DNA from: Mobula hypostoma
Taxonomy: Eukaryota
NCBI RefSeq assembly: GCF_963921235.1
Contig: NC_086109.1
Location: 16,432,001 to 16,496,000, forward strand
DNA length: 64,000 bases
Reading direction: 5' to 3'
The position numbers were made by a program, and so were the translations under genes. Shown here in pieces: positions 48,755 through 61,446 of this stretch. The notes below the pieces were generated by a model, which was not told the DNA's origin, made no database searches, and saw nothing but the letters and a program-made list of their open reading frames with translations. Each line of letters begins with the position of its first letter. The stretch's first letter is position 1.

Positions 48755-51700
48755 GTAAGTTCTTCCTGTTTCTCTATGAAAGTAGCCTTCAGGTCCTCCA
48801 CTCAGTACGCTTCCAGCCTCCGGATTTATCATAAGGGACAGGGTGGTTTGATACTCTACAGTGAGGCTACGGACATAGTGCTATAATATTCAGCTGCAAA
48901 ACTTTTGAAATATGCTACAGAGAACTGGCAGAAACCCACACGGTTTAATGACTGTACAGCCCTATCCTATTGAAATAGTGCCCTAATAGTTAATTTAGAA
49001 GCTCAGGGTTTAAGCAGCACTTTGTGTGTGAGGTTCAAGGATGCGGAGGATTTCTACAGAATAAAAGCTTCCCACTCACGCTCAATGGACGGTCAACTAA
49101 GAATCCCTCTCTAATCTCTGTAGTCTTTACCTTCTCACTCTGTATTGAGCTGAAGCAATTCTCTGAATTTTCTTTTTATTACAAGGGAGTCGAGAGTTGC
49201 AGAGGAAAAAAGAAACAGGAATGTTTAGTTGATGCTGGAAACAGGTCAATTATAACCTTACTTCAAAATCAGTATCAGGTTTAATATCACTAGCATATGT
49301 CATCAAATTTGTTATTATGCAGTAGCAGTACATTGTAATACATAAATTACAGTAAGAAGTGTGTGTATGTGTATATATATCTAAAAAGTTAAATCAGTGC
49401 AAAAAGAGAGAAAAAAGTAGTCTATTCAGAAATCTGATGGCAGAGGAGAGGGTGTTCCTGGATTTTTGAGTGTGTGCCTTCAAGCTCCTGTACCTCCTCG
49501 CTGATTGGAGCAATGGAAAAAGGGCATGCACTGGATGATGGGGGTCCTTAATGATGAATGCCACCTTTTTGAAGCATCACTTATTGAAAATGTGCTGGGG
49601 AGGCTAGTGCCCATGATGGAGCTGACAGAATTCACAACTTTCTTCATCTGTTTCTAACATTCCTGTGTCCTTGTTTGCCCCTCTCCCCTACTTTACCTAT
49701 TCCCCGCTGTCTTCTATAAAGTGGGAAAGGACTTTTAACAGAAGGAAGCCGCAGATGCACACAAGAGCAAAGAGGACAAAAGAGAATTCTGATTGGCTGA
49801 GACAGATAGGAAGAGACTGGTGGAGTCATGAACAAAATCACAGATCAGTTATGTTGAATGGCTTGTTTCCTAGTACAACATAATTCGAATCACTATATGA
49901 CCTTGGATTAGACCTGTCTGAGTTGGTAGATGTGAGGCTTTTGGTGGCGCACTCAAACAAATTCTCTTGCTAGAGCGCATTTTATTTTGATAACCCCTTT
50001 CACAACTGCAGGGTGCCCTGAAACATATTCTTGCTGATTGAGTTATTTTCCGAAGTGTGAACCAGACAGCTAATTTGTGCACAGCATGAGCCCAAAAGGT
50101 CAAATGCCATCTGCTAGTTGAGCTAGAAACACCAGCTGGATCATTGGGTTGGGCTGCTTGAAGTAATTACCAAGGGATCTACAGTTCACCCCAGGCAAGC
50201 AGGAGGGCTGGTTTAACGTCACCTCCAGCGGTGTCACACTCACTCAGGAATGATCTGAAGTAGTAAGAAAGATTAGAAAGGTTATTTTAACTTGTCACAC
50301 GTCCATCGAAACAGACAGTGAGATGTGTCATTTTTGCATCAATGACCAACACAGTGTGAGGATGTGCTGGAGGGCGGCCTGTAATTGTCGCCATGCTTCC
50401 AGCACCAACATAGTATGTCCTCCACTTACTAACACTAACCTGTCATCTTTGAAAAGTGGGAGGAAACCCAAGCAGTACCAGGAAGAACGTACAAGCTCCT
50501 TACAACAGCTTGCAAGAATTGAACCCCAATCACAATCGCTGGCACTTTCCTAACAGCGATGCTACCGTGCCTCCCAAACTATGCAAATTAGGCGCCCGAG
50601 TCCCTGAACTCAGGAAGTTCTGATGCTTGCAGTCTGTGCTTTAGCACACAGCAACTCAAAGGTTGCTGACAGGTTACGGCAGAGACCGTACCTGTGAACT
50701 GCCCATAATCTGTACAGTCTGCAAGTTGCAAGTGTGGCCATGAACAGAGTTTCTGGCAGGCATTCACAGCAGGACAAAAATAGTTAAAAAGGTAAATAAG
50801 TTATAGAGTCTTTGAAAATGAATCATTGGTTTTGGAATCAGTTCAGAGTTGAGGTGCGTGAAGTTACCCATGCTGGTTCAGGAGCCTGATGGCTAAAGGG
50901 TAATAACTGTTCCTGAACTTGGTGGTGTGAGAACTAAGACTTCTGTAGCTCCTTCCTGATTGCAGCAGTGAGAAGAGAGCATCGTCTCGATGGAGGAGTT
51001 CTTAGATGCTAGATACAGCTTTCTTGTGGCAGCGCTCCTTGTAGGTATGCTCAAGAGTGGCGAAGACTTTTTCTGTGATGGACTAGGTTGGATCCACCAC
51101 CACTTGTCAACTTTTTCATTCTTAGTATTCCCATACCAGGCCACGATGCAACCAGTCAGGACCCTCAGTGTATAAAGCAGGAAGAGAGCATGGCCTGATG
51201 GAATGTAGCTTTGCATTCTCGGCTGCCAAAAGAGACATTTGAAACACAAGGGATCTGCAGAAGCTGGAAATCCAGAGCAGCACACACACAATGCTGGAAG
51301 ATCTCAGCAGATCAGGCAGCATCTTTTGAAGGAAGTAAACAATCGATGTTTGGAACTGAGACCCTTCTCCTTTAGGTTGCCTAGCTACATCATCTTCATG
51401 GGTGAAAACATAAACTTCCCATTTCTCTCTGGGAATGTAAAATCCTTCTGAGACAGATACTACGACTTGGCTTTGTATCCTAGCACAGAAACATTTACTG
51501 CGGAGTTTTAATCCAGCATTGGTTGACTGATGCATTGTATACTTTGTCACACTTTCCATTAAGGACTCGCTGCCAAGAGTTGTGTGCTCGTTGAGGCTTG
51601 GCTGTGTCTGCTGTGTGGCCTGGCCACCTGGGTCCCCTTGCTTTGTTCCCCCATCCCTCAGCCTCATTCCAGCTGAATCTCCCCTGCTGCTCGCCGTCAC

Positions 51701-52963
51701 CGCATTTCACCGCACACAGACGCCAATCAAGCCCTGCTCCCTTTCCGCCCTGCTGTCAAGGCCCTTACTTTCATACTTGTGAGCCAAATCGAGATGAGAA
51801 CTTAATATTCAACCCCACTTGCCACCGTCTGCCTCGGGAACTACATCTCCCCCGTGGGGCACAAAGGACGCGTGGCTTTCAATATATGTTGACATCATCA
51901 TTTCTCTTTCTGTGGGGTGGCACGGTAGCATAGTGCAATGCTTTGTAGCAGCCTGCTGTAAGATCGGGGATTCGATTCTTGCCACTGTCTGTAAGGAGTT
52001 TATACATTCTCCGAGGGACCGCGTGTGTTTTCTCCAGGTGCTTCAAGTTTCCTCCGACAATCCAAAGACGTACGGGACAGGATTAGTGAGGTGTGAGCAA
52101 GCTATTATGGTGCCAGGGGCATGGTGACACTTGCAGGCTGCTCAGCAGAATCTTCGCTGGTTTCATTTGACATCAAACTACACGTTTCACTGTTTCCGTA
52201 TGTTTCTATGTACATTTGACAAACAAAGCTAATCTTCATCTCTTTCTTCCAAGGAAGGAGACCATTTTTATTTGATCTCCCTCCTCTCTCTTAACGTCAT
52301 CCTTCTTTGTCTCCTCTCCCGCCTTCTCTTCTCCTCATCCTCTTATGCTCATCTCTCTGCTGAAGATGTTGATTCCTGGGGAACCATTTCGCCATCTCAA
52401 CTGACTAGTCATTTGAAATGCACTAGCAGTAAACGTGGCAAAGCAACGGTACAGTTTTGTGGAAGAATTGTCAACATTTCCGGTCAAAACCCTGCGCCAG
52501 GACTCAGAGGAAGGGTCTGGGTCTGAAACATCAGCTGACCATTTCCCTCCACAGATGCTGCCTGACCTTCAGAGATCCTCTGGCAGCGAGCGTCTTGCTC
52601 CAGATTCCAGCATCTGCATTATTGTGTGCTTCATGCGAGGCACGCATTGTCTGGAAAAGACAGTTGACACCTTGCCGAGACAGTCCATACCCGGTTGCCT
52701 ATGTTCTCACTCAGTATCCCATAGTCCTGGCCAATACCGGCCTCCAAGGACAGAAGTGGTGCTCTTAGGAGAGAGCAGGGTTAGTCCCACTCTCAAGAAT
52801 AAAATTACTGTGGAATAGGAAATTTACAAAAAGTATAACAGTGTTGGCCTTGTGTGTTGAGGCAGGGAAAGAAAGTTAGACTTTTGCTCTAATTGTACTT
52901 CAGTCATGTACAGCCTGTTAATAATCTGTCATTTTTTTACCTCCTTTAATTTGTCTCTTGCAG

Positions 52964-53069
52964 TGAACCAGCCTCCAACCATCACCAAGCAGTCGCCAAA
53001 GGATTACATTGTAGATCCACGGGATAACGTTATGATCGTTTGTGAAGGAAAAGGGAACCCAACCCCTGT
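52964..53069 (+). CDS. NFASC: Neurofascin exon, first half of Ig1 ([36 protein letters not shown])
   Basis: Polypyrimidine tract, tgcag| acceptor and |gtaggt donor; 106 nt, phase 1-2. [17 protein letters not shown]...CE.KGNP is an L1-family signature. Confidence 0.96.
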
Positions 53070-55065
53070 GTAGGTACCAGTGACCGGGGCACGACTTGGC
53101 CGGGTGGGGCCGGGAGGGCTCTGACTATGGGTGAGATTGCCCAGCCTTGCGGCAAGCAGATTCTATAACTAGAGGCTACTTGTGAGCAACTGTAGAAGTG
53201 TAGAAGCGATTCTGAAGAAGGGTCTCAGTCCAAAACATAGATGCTGCCTGACTTGCTGAATTTCTCCTGCACTTTGTGTGTGTTGCTCTGGATTTCCAGC
53301 ATCGGCAGAATCTCTTGTATATAGAACTTTATTGCCCTCCACTGTTGAAAACTGGTTTTGCAGACTAACTGTGGAGCTCAAAGTGACTTAAAAAAAACAG
53401 GAGACTATTTGACTAGCCCATTGAGTCCCTGCCAGCTCCTTGGGGTGCAGTCTACTCGCTTCTCGAGTCTGTTGCAAAATCAGGTTGTGGTGAGCTTCCA
53501 TAACCCCTTCTCAGCTCCTTGAACAAAGTACACAAATCGCCAAGACCCCAGCTTTTGAGATGCAGGAGATTCTGCAGATGCTGGAAATCTTGAGTAGCAC
53601 ACACACAAAATGCTGGAGGAACTCAGCAGGCCAGGCCCAAAACTTTGCCTGTTTATTTCACACCATTTTGTGCGTATTGCCCTTGTAATGTTAACCCTCT
53701 GATTCTGTACTCAGTCTCCTCCAGGAGGTTAAATCTGCATCAGCCCCTTTCAGTCAGTGTGTTCAAGAGTGTACCCACATATTGCATAAAAGAAACTCTC
53801 CCTGTCTCGCCAATGTGTTTACCAATCTGCATCATCCGCCATTGTTAACTCTTTGCAATCCATCAAAATATCCTGATATTTTGAGTTAAGCAACAGAAAA
53901 AGCTTGAAACCCTTAGCAGGTCCGGCACCACCTGTAAGGGGAGAAATGTCTTGAAACGAGGGTGGCACCAAGGTGCAGGTGGTAGAGAAACCAGCAGTGT
54001 GTGAGACCTCGGGTGCAGTCAGTGTAGAGTTTGCATGTTACCCCCCCATTGAGTATCCTCTGGCTGCACCAATCTCTCCCATATCCTAGAAATGTGTAGA
54101 TTGGTAGGTTAATTGGCCAATTGCCCCTAATATATAGGTGAGAGGTAGAATCTAGCAGATGTGGGGGTATTAAAAAAAAGCTTTAGTGTAAATTAGTGTT
54201 TGGTTGGGCTAAGGGGTTTGCTTCCATACAGGACAACTCCTACATGAATGTATGAATCTCATTTCTCTTTCCACAACTGTTGGCCTGACCCGCTAAGTAT
54301 TTCTGTTTATATTCGATATCTTTTTATGCCATGCTACTGCCGAAATGTGTGGCAACACTAGTAGGCTGCCCCCACACACCCTCGAGGGTGTTGGTTGTTG
54401 ACACAAATGATGCATTTCCCTGTATGTTTCAAAATGCACGTGATAAATAAGCTGGAATCCTGAATCTTGATTTCCTTCTGTTTTTTGTCTGCATCTTGTT
54501 ACAGTCTGTTTAAATATTCCAAGGGGAACAAACCCAACTTTCCAGGTAACAGACGTGCGAGTTAGGTTGCAGTCGAAGTTGTGTGACTGCATCGCCTCTG
54601 CCCTCTCCCTCTTTCACCTCGCCCCGAGCCAAGTTGTCGGCCATGTTTATGTCGGCAGACCTGTGCATTGTGCAGGGGGGCACACTCCATCTTCAGCAGG
54701 AGAAATAAGAGTAATGCTTATACCTTTGCAACGTGAATGTGCTGCCAGTCTAGCAGCTAACCACAACTGTGCTTGCAAATTGCTTCCTGATTTAACCCAG
54801 CTAACCCTTTCACAGAGACTGGAGTTTGCTTCTCATTATGTGATCGACTCCCGATGTGATCAAGGATCAACTTTACTCGCCACGTACATTTACTTGTATT
54901 AGGAATTTGTTGCGGTGTATTGGCGTGACATACAACATAAAACAACAGTCAACAATTATATAGAAAAAAGAATTATATGAAATAAAGTTAGAAACACAGA
55001 TATGGAATAAATATGCATTAATGCCAGCATGTATTTACGATGTAAGCAGGATTATAAAAAGTGGT

Positions 55066-55161
55066 CCTGATGAAGGATCTCATCCGAAACTTCGACTGTT
55101 TACTCTTTTCTATAGATGCTGCCTGACCTGCTGAGCTCCTCCAGCATTTTTTATGGGTTGC
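55066..55161 (+). mobile_element. 96-bp Penelope-derived insert (hammerhead motif plus 3' terminus) with TSD
   Basis: 14-bp direct repeat TTATAAAAAGTGGT at 55052-55065 and 55162-55175. Motif reads CTGATGA-agga-tctca-tcc-GAAA-cttc-gact. Confidence 0.9.
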
Positions 55162-55678
55162 TTATAAAAAGTGGTGTATTCCTGGCAGGAAAATCAATGC
55201 TTGCTGCTCCTTACACCTGGGCTCCAAATATCCGTTCTTTTTTTTTATTATTTCTGCCGATTTTAGTCAGGTGTCCTAGATATCGGAAGCAAGGATAGTG
55301 CGATGGGTGTGATTCTACTTCACTCCCACTTCTGTTGTCCATTTACAGTTTGTTGTTAGCCTTAACCAAGTTACCTACCTGCCTTACTTGGCATCACATT
55401 TGTTCCTAAGGCAAAGATTGTGGTTTCAAATTCTGCCTCTGAAAATTGAAAGCATAATCCAAGGTGATAGTGTTATCTATCATTGTTTTCATGGCAGTCC
55501 TTAGGAATGGGTCCCTTTTTTCAGTAGCATTCTGGAGTGTCAGTGAGTATTAGTAAGAGACAGTCATAATGATGGAAAGAGTCATTTATAAAATTGTGTT
55601 TGTGAATAATTTTGAGCAAGAAGCCTGATTTGCCCTGAGTGTTCTTGTCCAGCCGATAACCTGATTGTATTTCCACAG

Positions 55679-55875
55679 ATTCTCATGGACCCGCAATGGA
55701 AAGTATTTCAATGTTGCCAAAGATTCTAGAGTGTCTATGAGATCGCGGTCAGGAACTCTGGTCATGGACTTCCGATATAGTGGCCGGGCAGAGGACTATG
55801 AGGGCGAGTATCAGTGCTCAGCCAGAAATGACCACGGCACAGCGCTCTCCAACAAAATACACCTCCAGGTTTCCA
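55679..55875 (+). CDS. NFASC: Neurofascin exon, second half of Ig1 ([65 protein letters not shown])
   Basis: ttccacag| and |gtaagt; 197 nt, phase 2-1. FN.AKD.RVSMR.RSGTLV.DFR and YEGEYQC.ARN..GTALSN match neurofascin better than NrCAM or L1. Confidence 0.96.
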
Positions 55876-56551
55876 GTAAGTTTGCACTGACTCTCAAACT
55901 ATTTGAGGGTACAGTTAGAAGGCTAGGGGGTGGCATGATTGCATAGCGGCAAGCACAAACACTGTACAGCGCGAGTGATTACCGATCAAGGTTTGATTCC
56001 TGGCACTGTCATAAGGAGGTTGTATGTTCTCTCCATGACCACATGGGTTTCCTGCTGGTGCTGTGATTTCATCACACATTCCAAAGATGTAAAAGTCAGG
56101 GTTTGCAAGTTACAGGCTTGCTATGCTGGTGCCAGAAGCATGATGACACTTGCAGGCTGCTCCCATCAAATCCTCGGCTGCAAAATGATGAATTTCACTC
56201 TATGTTTCAATGTTTTGATGTATAGGTGATAAATAAAGCAAATCATTAAATCTTTAGAAAACACCACTGCAGTGGTGGTTTGATTTCAGTTGCATAATGT
56301 AACCAGTATACGCTCAATAGCCACTTTATTAGATATACCTACACACCTGCTCGTTAATACAAATATCTAATCAGCCAATCATGTGGCAGCGACTTGGTGC
56401 ATAAAAGCAGCAGACATGGTCAAAAAGTTCAATTGCTGTTTAAACCAAACAACAGAATGGGAAAGAAATGCGATCTAAGTGACTTTGACCATGGAATGAA
56501 TGTTGGTGCCAGACGGAGTGGTTTGCATATCTCAGACACTGCTGAACTCCT

Positions 56552-59241
56552 TTTTTTTTTCTATACAAAATATTCTTATTAAAAATTCAGTGTTTTATAT
56601 ATATACAAAACAGTGACTAACACAATTACTTAGATTAGATTATGAGAACACTCAGTCCTCTTTTTATTGTCATTTAGAAATGCATACATGCATTAAGAAA
56701 TGATCAATGTTTCTCCGGAGTGATATCACAGAAAACAGGACAAACCAAAGACTAACACTGACACAACCACATAATTATAACATACAGTTCCAGCAGTGCA
56801 AAGCAATACCATAATTTGATAAAGAACAGACCATGGCCACGGTAAAAAAAGAAGTCTCAAGTCCCGATCGACTCCCGAGTCCCCGATAGCAGGTGGCAAA
56901 AGGGAGAAACTCCCTCCCATAAACCACCAGGCACTGTCAACTTGTCGATGCCTTGGAAGCAGCCAACTACAGCTGACACTAAGTCCGTCCATCCGAAAAC
57001 TTTGAGCCTCCGATACGGCCTCCTGAGCGCCATCCTCTGCCGAGTGCCTTCGACTTCGCCCCGGCCGCCGAAACAAGCAAAGCCGAGGATTCGGGGCCTC
57101 CTGCTCCGGAGATTCCAGTTACCACACAGTAGCAGCGGCAGCGAAGCGGGCATTTCAGAAGTTTCTCCAGATGTTCCTCTATACTCTCACGTCTGTCTCC
57201 ATCAAATCAGAATTGTGCACAGTCCCCTACTTGACAGATTACAGATATCATTCACCAGAGAGGCTGCGCGCGCTGCGTCACACTGCCATCTTCTTCTCCT
57301 CCTACTTTACTACAAATAGACATTACACATTAAACCAAAATGTTTCCATCTCTGTCAATGATGGTAATTACCCCCCCCGCAGAGCCCAACGGTCCCAGAA
57401 CGCCTTTAAGGTCGCCGTGAACAGTGCGTGTTCCTTTTCAATATTTACCCAGGCACGAACATACTCCCTAAACATTGCCAGGCAGTCTACCTGGGCAGAT
57501 CCTCCTGCCACCCATTTCCAAGACCCAAGGACGGCTGATTTCGCCAGTCCCAGGAGCAGGTTGACAAGGACATCCTCATCCCTCCATGCCCCCCTCCTTA
57601 CTGGATGACTGTATATAAATAGGGTGGGGCTAAAATGCAACCAGAATGCGAGAAGCAGCCCACACAGATACGCAAAAAGGGCCTGCAGCCTCACACACTC
57701 AATGTACATGTGGTACACGGTCTCCTCCAGCCCACAGAAGTGACATGCGGCTGGGAGATCTGTGTACAAACTAAAGAATTTATTACAAGGCACCGCTCTA
57801 TGCAGCAGCCTCCACCCCAGATCCCCAAGGTGCGTGGGAAGAACTCCCTCATAAAGGGACCTCCATTCTGGACCCCCTCACCTCCAGGTGGAAAGACCGA
57901 CCTCCATGGCGTGTCGGGACGGTGGACAAGGGCTAGGAAGTGGAGGGTGTGGAGCAGCAGCCCATAGAATTACCTCCTACCTGCATCTCTGGATGGGATT
58001 GTGGGTGTCGAGGAGAGACAGCTCAAGTTGTGTGGACTCAGCTCTCGGATAAGATTGCGGGGCCTGGGCCCGACAAGCAACTCAGTCTGAGTCGTTCCAC
58101 ACACCTGAGCTGCACCGACATCCGTTGGGGTAAGGCAAGGGTCGGCCAGGACTCCACCCTCTGCCAGAGGAGGGGATTCCCGGTGTGAGGCAACCATGTT
58201 CCAGACTCTCAGTAGGTCCTGATAGAAGCCGGGCAGACTTCGCAAAGCAGCACGGCTGACGCCCGCCGATGGTAGCCGCATCTCTTCATGAAGACAGCAG
58301 CCCTTCCGGAGGAAGAATGTCGCCAACACGTGCCACCTGGGAGGGTGCTCGACATACAGGAGTCTCTGCAGAGTCCTGAGGCGGAGAGCCGCCAGTCGCG
58401 TACGTGCACACACCAGTGACTGTCCATCCTCTCCCACTGGGAAATTCAGGACCACTGCAGATAGCCAGTGTTTCCTGTTACCCCAGAAGAAGTCTACTAA
58501 CTTCCTCTGCATTCTCCCTACAAAGGGGGCAGGAGGGCCCAAGGTGACCATCCGGTACCACAACATGGAGGCCACCAGCTGGTTTATGACCACCACTCTG
58601 CCTCAATAGGAAAGCACCCTGAGAAGGCCTGATCAGTGTCCCAGCCAGGCCATGACTTTCGTCTCCAGGTCCTGTCAGCTCACTAGCCAGGTCTCCCCAG
58701 AAGGACTCAGGTGGACTCCCAGATAGAGAAGACGTCTGGTGCTCCACTCAAAAGCTTTCATCTCCTCCCGCAGGGAGTCCACCTGCCACTGACCCACTAA
58801 GAGTCCACAACATTTCGTCCAGTTGGTCCTAGCAGAGGATGTCGCTGAGAAAACTTCCTGGCACTCGCGCATCCTCTGCAGGTCACTGGGATCTGTCACC
58901 ATGAGGAGTACATCGTCTGCGTAGGCTGAGAGGACGACCTCCATGTCCAGTTCACACAGAACCAGACCTGTCAGCCTTTGCCGAAGAAGGCTCAGGAATG
59001 GCTCAACATAGATCGCATAGAATTGACCGGACATGGGGCACCCCTGACGTACTCCTCTTCTGAAGAGAATGGGCGCTGTCAGTGATCCATTGATCCTAAC
59101 AAGGCACTCTGCGGCAGAGTATAGGAGCGGAACTCGGGCCACAAAGTTTTGTCCAAGCCCAAAAGCCTGCAGAGTGCCCACCCACCAGGAAACTGTGGTC
59201 TACCCTGTCAAACGCCTTCTCCTGGTCAAGAGAAAGAAACG
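56552..59241 (-). mobile_element. 5'-truncated Tx1-clade (L1 group) LINE
   Basis: LSLDQEKAFDRVDH, RGVRQGCPMSG, SAYADD, YLGVHL and C-terminal CHFCGLEETVYHMYIEC. Poly(A) tail seen as the T run at 56551. 13-bp TSD CTGCTGAACTCCT at 56539-56551 and 59242-59254. Confidence 0.93.
56630..57302 (-). mobile_element. About 670-bp non-autonomous LINE-like element, copy 2, inserted in the Tx1 3'UTR
   Basis: Shares both ends with 44868-45500 (ttagattatgag..cagtc.tc.tttattgtcatttag; gccatcttc.tcctcc). Confidence 0.8.
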
Positions 59242-59665
59242 CTGCTGAACTCCTGGGATTTTCACACACAACAGTAGAGTTTACAGAGAACGGTGCAAGA
59301 AGCAAAACACTTTGTGACAAAAATGCCTCATTAATGAGAGGGGCCAGAGCAGAATGACCAGACCGGTTCAAGCTGTCAGGAAGGCGACAATAACTCAAAT
59401 AACCATGTGTTACAACAGTGGTGTGCAGAAGAGCATCTCTAAATGCACAACACATTGAACCTTGAAGTGGATGGGCTACAGCAGCAGAAGACCATTAATA
59501 CAGACTCAGTGGCCACTTTGTTTAGATACAGGAGCTACTAGTAAAGCGGCCACTGAGTCTATATTTGCACCTACTAGAAATTTGCTGCAGTGTGGTGACA
59601 TGATATGTAACAAAAAACAACATTCAACAATTACATAAAATAAGTTAGAAGTTAAAAATATGGAT

Positions 59666-59965
59666 TGTGTTGGCATGTGGCCAAGTGGTTAAAGCATCGG
59701 TCTAGTGATCTGAAGGTCGCTAGTTCGAGCCTCAGCTGAGGCAATGTGTTGTGTCCTTGAGCAAGGCACCTAACCACACATTGCTCTGTGACAACACCGG
59801 TGCCAAGCTGTATCGGCCCTAGTGCTCTTCCCTTGGACAACATTGGTGGCGTGGAGAGGGGAGACTTGCAGCATGGGCAAGTGCTGGTCTTCCATACAAC
59901 CTTGCCCAGGCGTGCACCCTGGAAACCTTCCAAGGCGCAAATCTATGGTCTCGCAAGCCTATATA
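59666..59965 (+). mobile_element. tRNA-derived SINE with CORE-like domain and RTE-derived tail
   Basis: A box TGGCCAAGTGG, B box GTTCGAGCC and gtgtccttgagcaaggcacctaacc. 13-bp TSD TAAAAATATGGAT at 59653 and 59966. Confidence 0.9.
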
Positions 59966-60112
59966 TAAAAATATGGATATTGAATAAAATGTGCATAGAT
60001 ATATAAATACCAGTATGTATTTACAATGTAAACAGCATTGCGAAAATCGTTTTGTACGGTTCAGTGATTGAGGCTATAGATGGTAGTAGTGGTCGGGGGG
60101 GAGTGGGGTTTA

Positions 60113-60413
60113 GTAACTAAAGTGATGCAGCTGATGATGTAGAATATTCCACAGCTAATATATCAGCCTACACTAAATGTCCAGACCTCTTGATCAGAAC
60201 ACTGTGCATGTTATAACTAAAGTGCATGTTTAAAGTGCATGTTATAATTAAAGTGCACTGTGCATGTTTTAACTGTGCAGCGCACTGTGCATGTTGTAAC
60301 TAAAGTGATGTACGTAGCTAATGATGTAGAATATTCCACAGCTAATATATCAGCCTATACCAAATGTCCAGAACCCCTGCTACTCACAATCAGAACACTG
60401 TGCATGCTATAAG
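60113..60413. repeat. Local direct duplication (about 100-bp unit twice) separated by short GTGCATGTT repeats
   Basis: atgatgtagaatattccacagctaatatatcagccta...aaatgtccaga occurs at about 60134 and 60322. Confidence 0.9.
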
Positions 60414-61019
60414 TATCTTCAGCCCATAACAGTAATTTATGCAGCAGCATTTTAGTTTGTGTTTTCATTCACAATATAATCTCTAGATCTGCTGCCTTAT
60501 ATGAACAGTGACAAAAAGAGAACTAGAATTAAGAGACTAGTAATCAAATTCAAGTTCAGGTTGAATTGTATGGCAGCACCACTGGGAAGGGGATATGAAA
60601 GAGGTGATTTATACAGTAAACCAACACAGTCTGGTTCCTTACAGATCCAAACTTGGGTGCTATGATTGCTTACCTTCTAACTGTTCCTTGAGCATCTCCT
60701 CTAACGAGTGCTATCTGTTCTGATGGGTCCTTTCATAGGCCTCCCGCTATCTGCTCCTTTGGTGGCAAGAACCATACTTCACATGACATCCATTTTCCTG
60801 TTGTATAACTAATGTGAGTTCTCTTGATTGACCCTGCAGGCTTCAGTGTAGTGACTACCTTGACATCATACAAAGGAACGGGAGAAGTCCTGGTTCTTCT
60901 GAGATAGTGTATTTACTTGTTTAACATTCATTTCATTTCCTTCCCTCAATTCCACCCCACCACTGCAGCCAAACTAATATTCACACCTAGCCCTGTCCAA
61001 TTACTTTACAAGATGTAAC

Positions 61020-61446
61020 CACATTGATTTCTCTAACTTCCGTAATTTCTCCCCCTCACTCCTGTCTTTTTTATTCATCACCCTCCCATCCCTTCTCTTC
61101 CACTCACCTTCCATCACCTCCCTTTGGCTCCCCTCCTCCTTTCTTTTCCTTCCATGTTCCACTGACTCTAATCAGCTCTCTCCTTCTTCATCCCTTGACC
61201 TCTTCCATCTATCCCTTCCCAGCTTCTTACTTCATTACCCTCTTCCCCCACCCACCCACCTTTCCCCTCACCTGGTCTCATCGATCACCTGTAGTACACC
61301 GCCCATCCTGCACTTTCTCATTCTGGCTTCTGCCTCCTTTCATTCCAGTCCTGATGAAGAGCCTTGACCTGAATTGCTGACTGTTTTCTCCCCCTTCCAT
61401 AGATGCTGCCTGACTTTCTGTCCTCCAGTATTTTGTGTGTGTTGCT
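61020..61446 (+). mobile_element. Penelope-like element 3' fragment
   Basis: cattgatttctctaacttccgtaa (IDFSNFR*), a pyrimidine-rich tract, degenerate cagtc-CTGATGA and the terminus gtgtgttgc. Confidence 0.85.

Larger units (their letters stand above)
56311..59559 (+). mobile_element. Deleted Tc1-derived element, split by a Tx1 LINE
   Basis: TA flanks and TIR-like ends cgctcaatagccacttt / aaagcggccactgagtc. The transposase N-terminus MGKKCDLSDFDHGMNVGARRSGLHISDTAELL|GFSHTTV resumes after 59254. Confidence 0.88.

Noticed and set aside
53070..53079. Alternative donor gtag|gtacca 4 nt downstream of the Ig1 exon end
   Set aside because: It would shift the frame relative to the next exon; the donor after 53069 gives the conserved phase.
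59667..59745. tRNA gene
   Set aside because: A and B boxes are present, but there is no clean cloverleaf, and it is followed by a SINE body and flanked by a TSD. It is a SINE head; the same applies to about 19140-19217.
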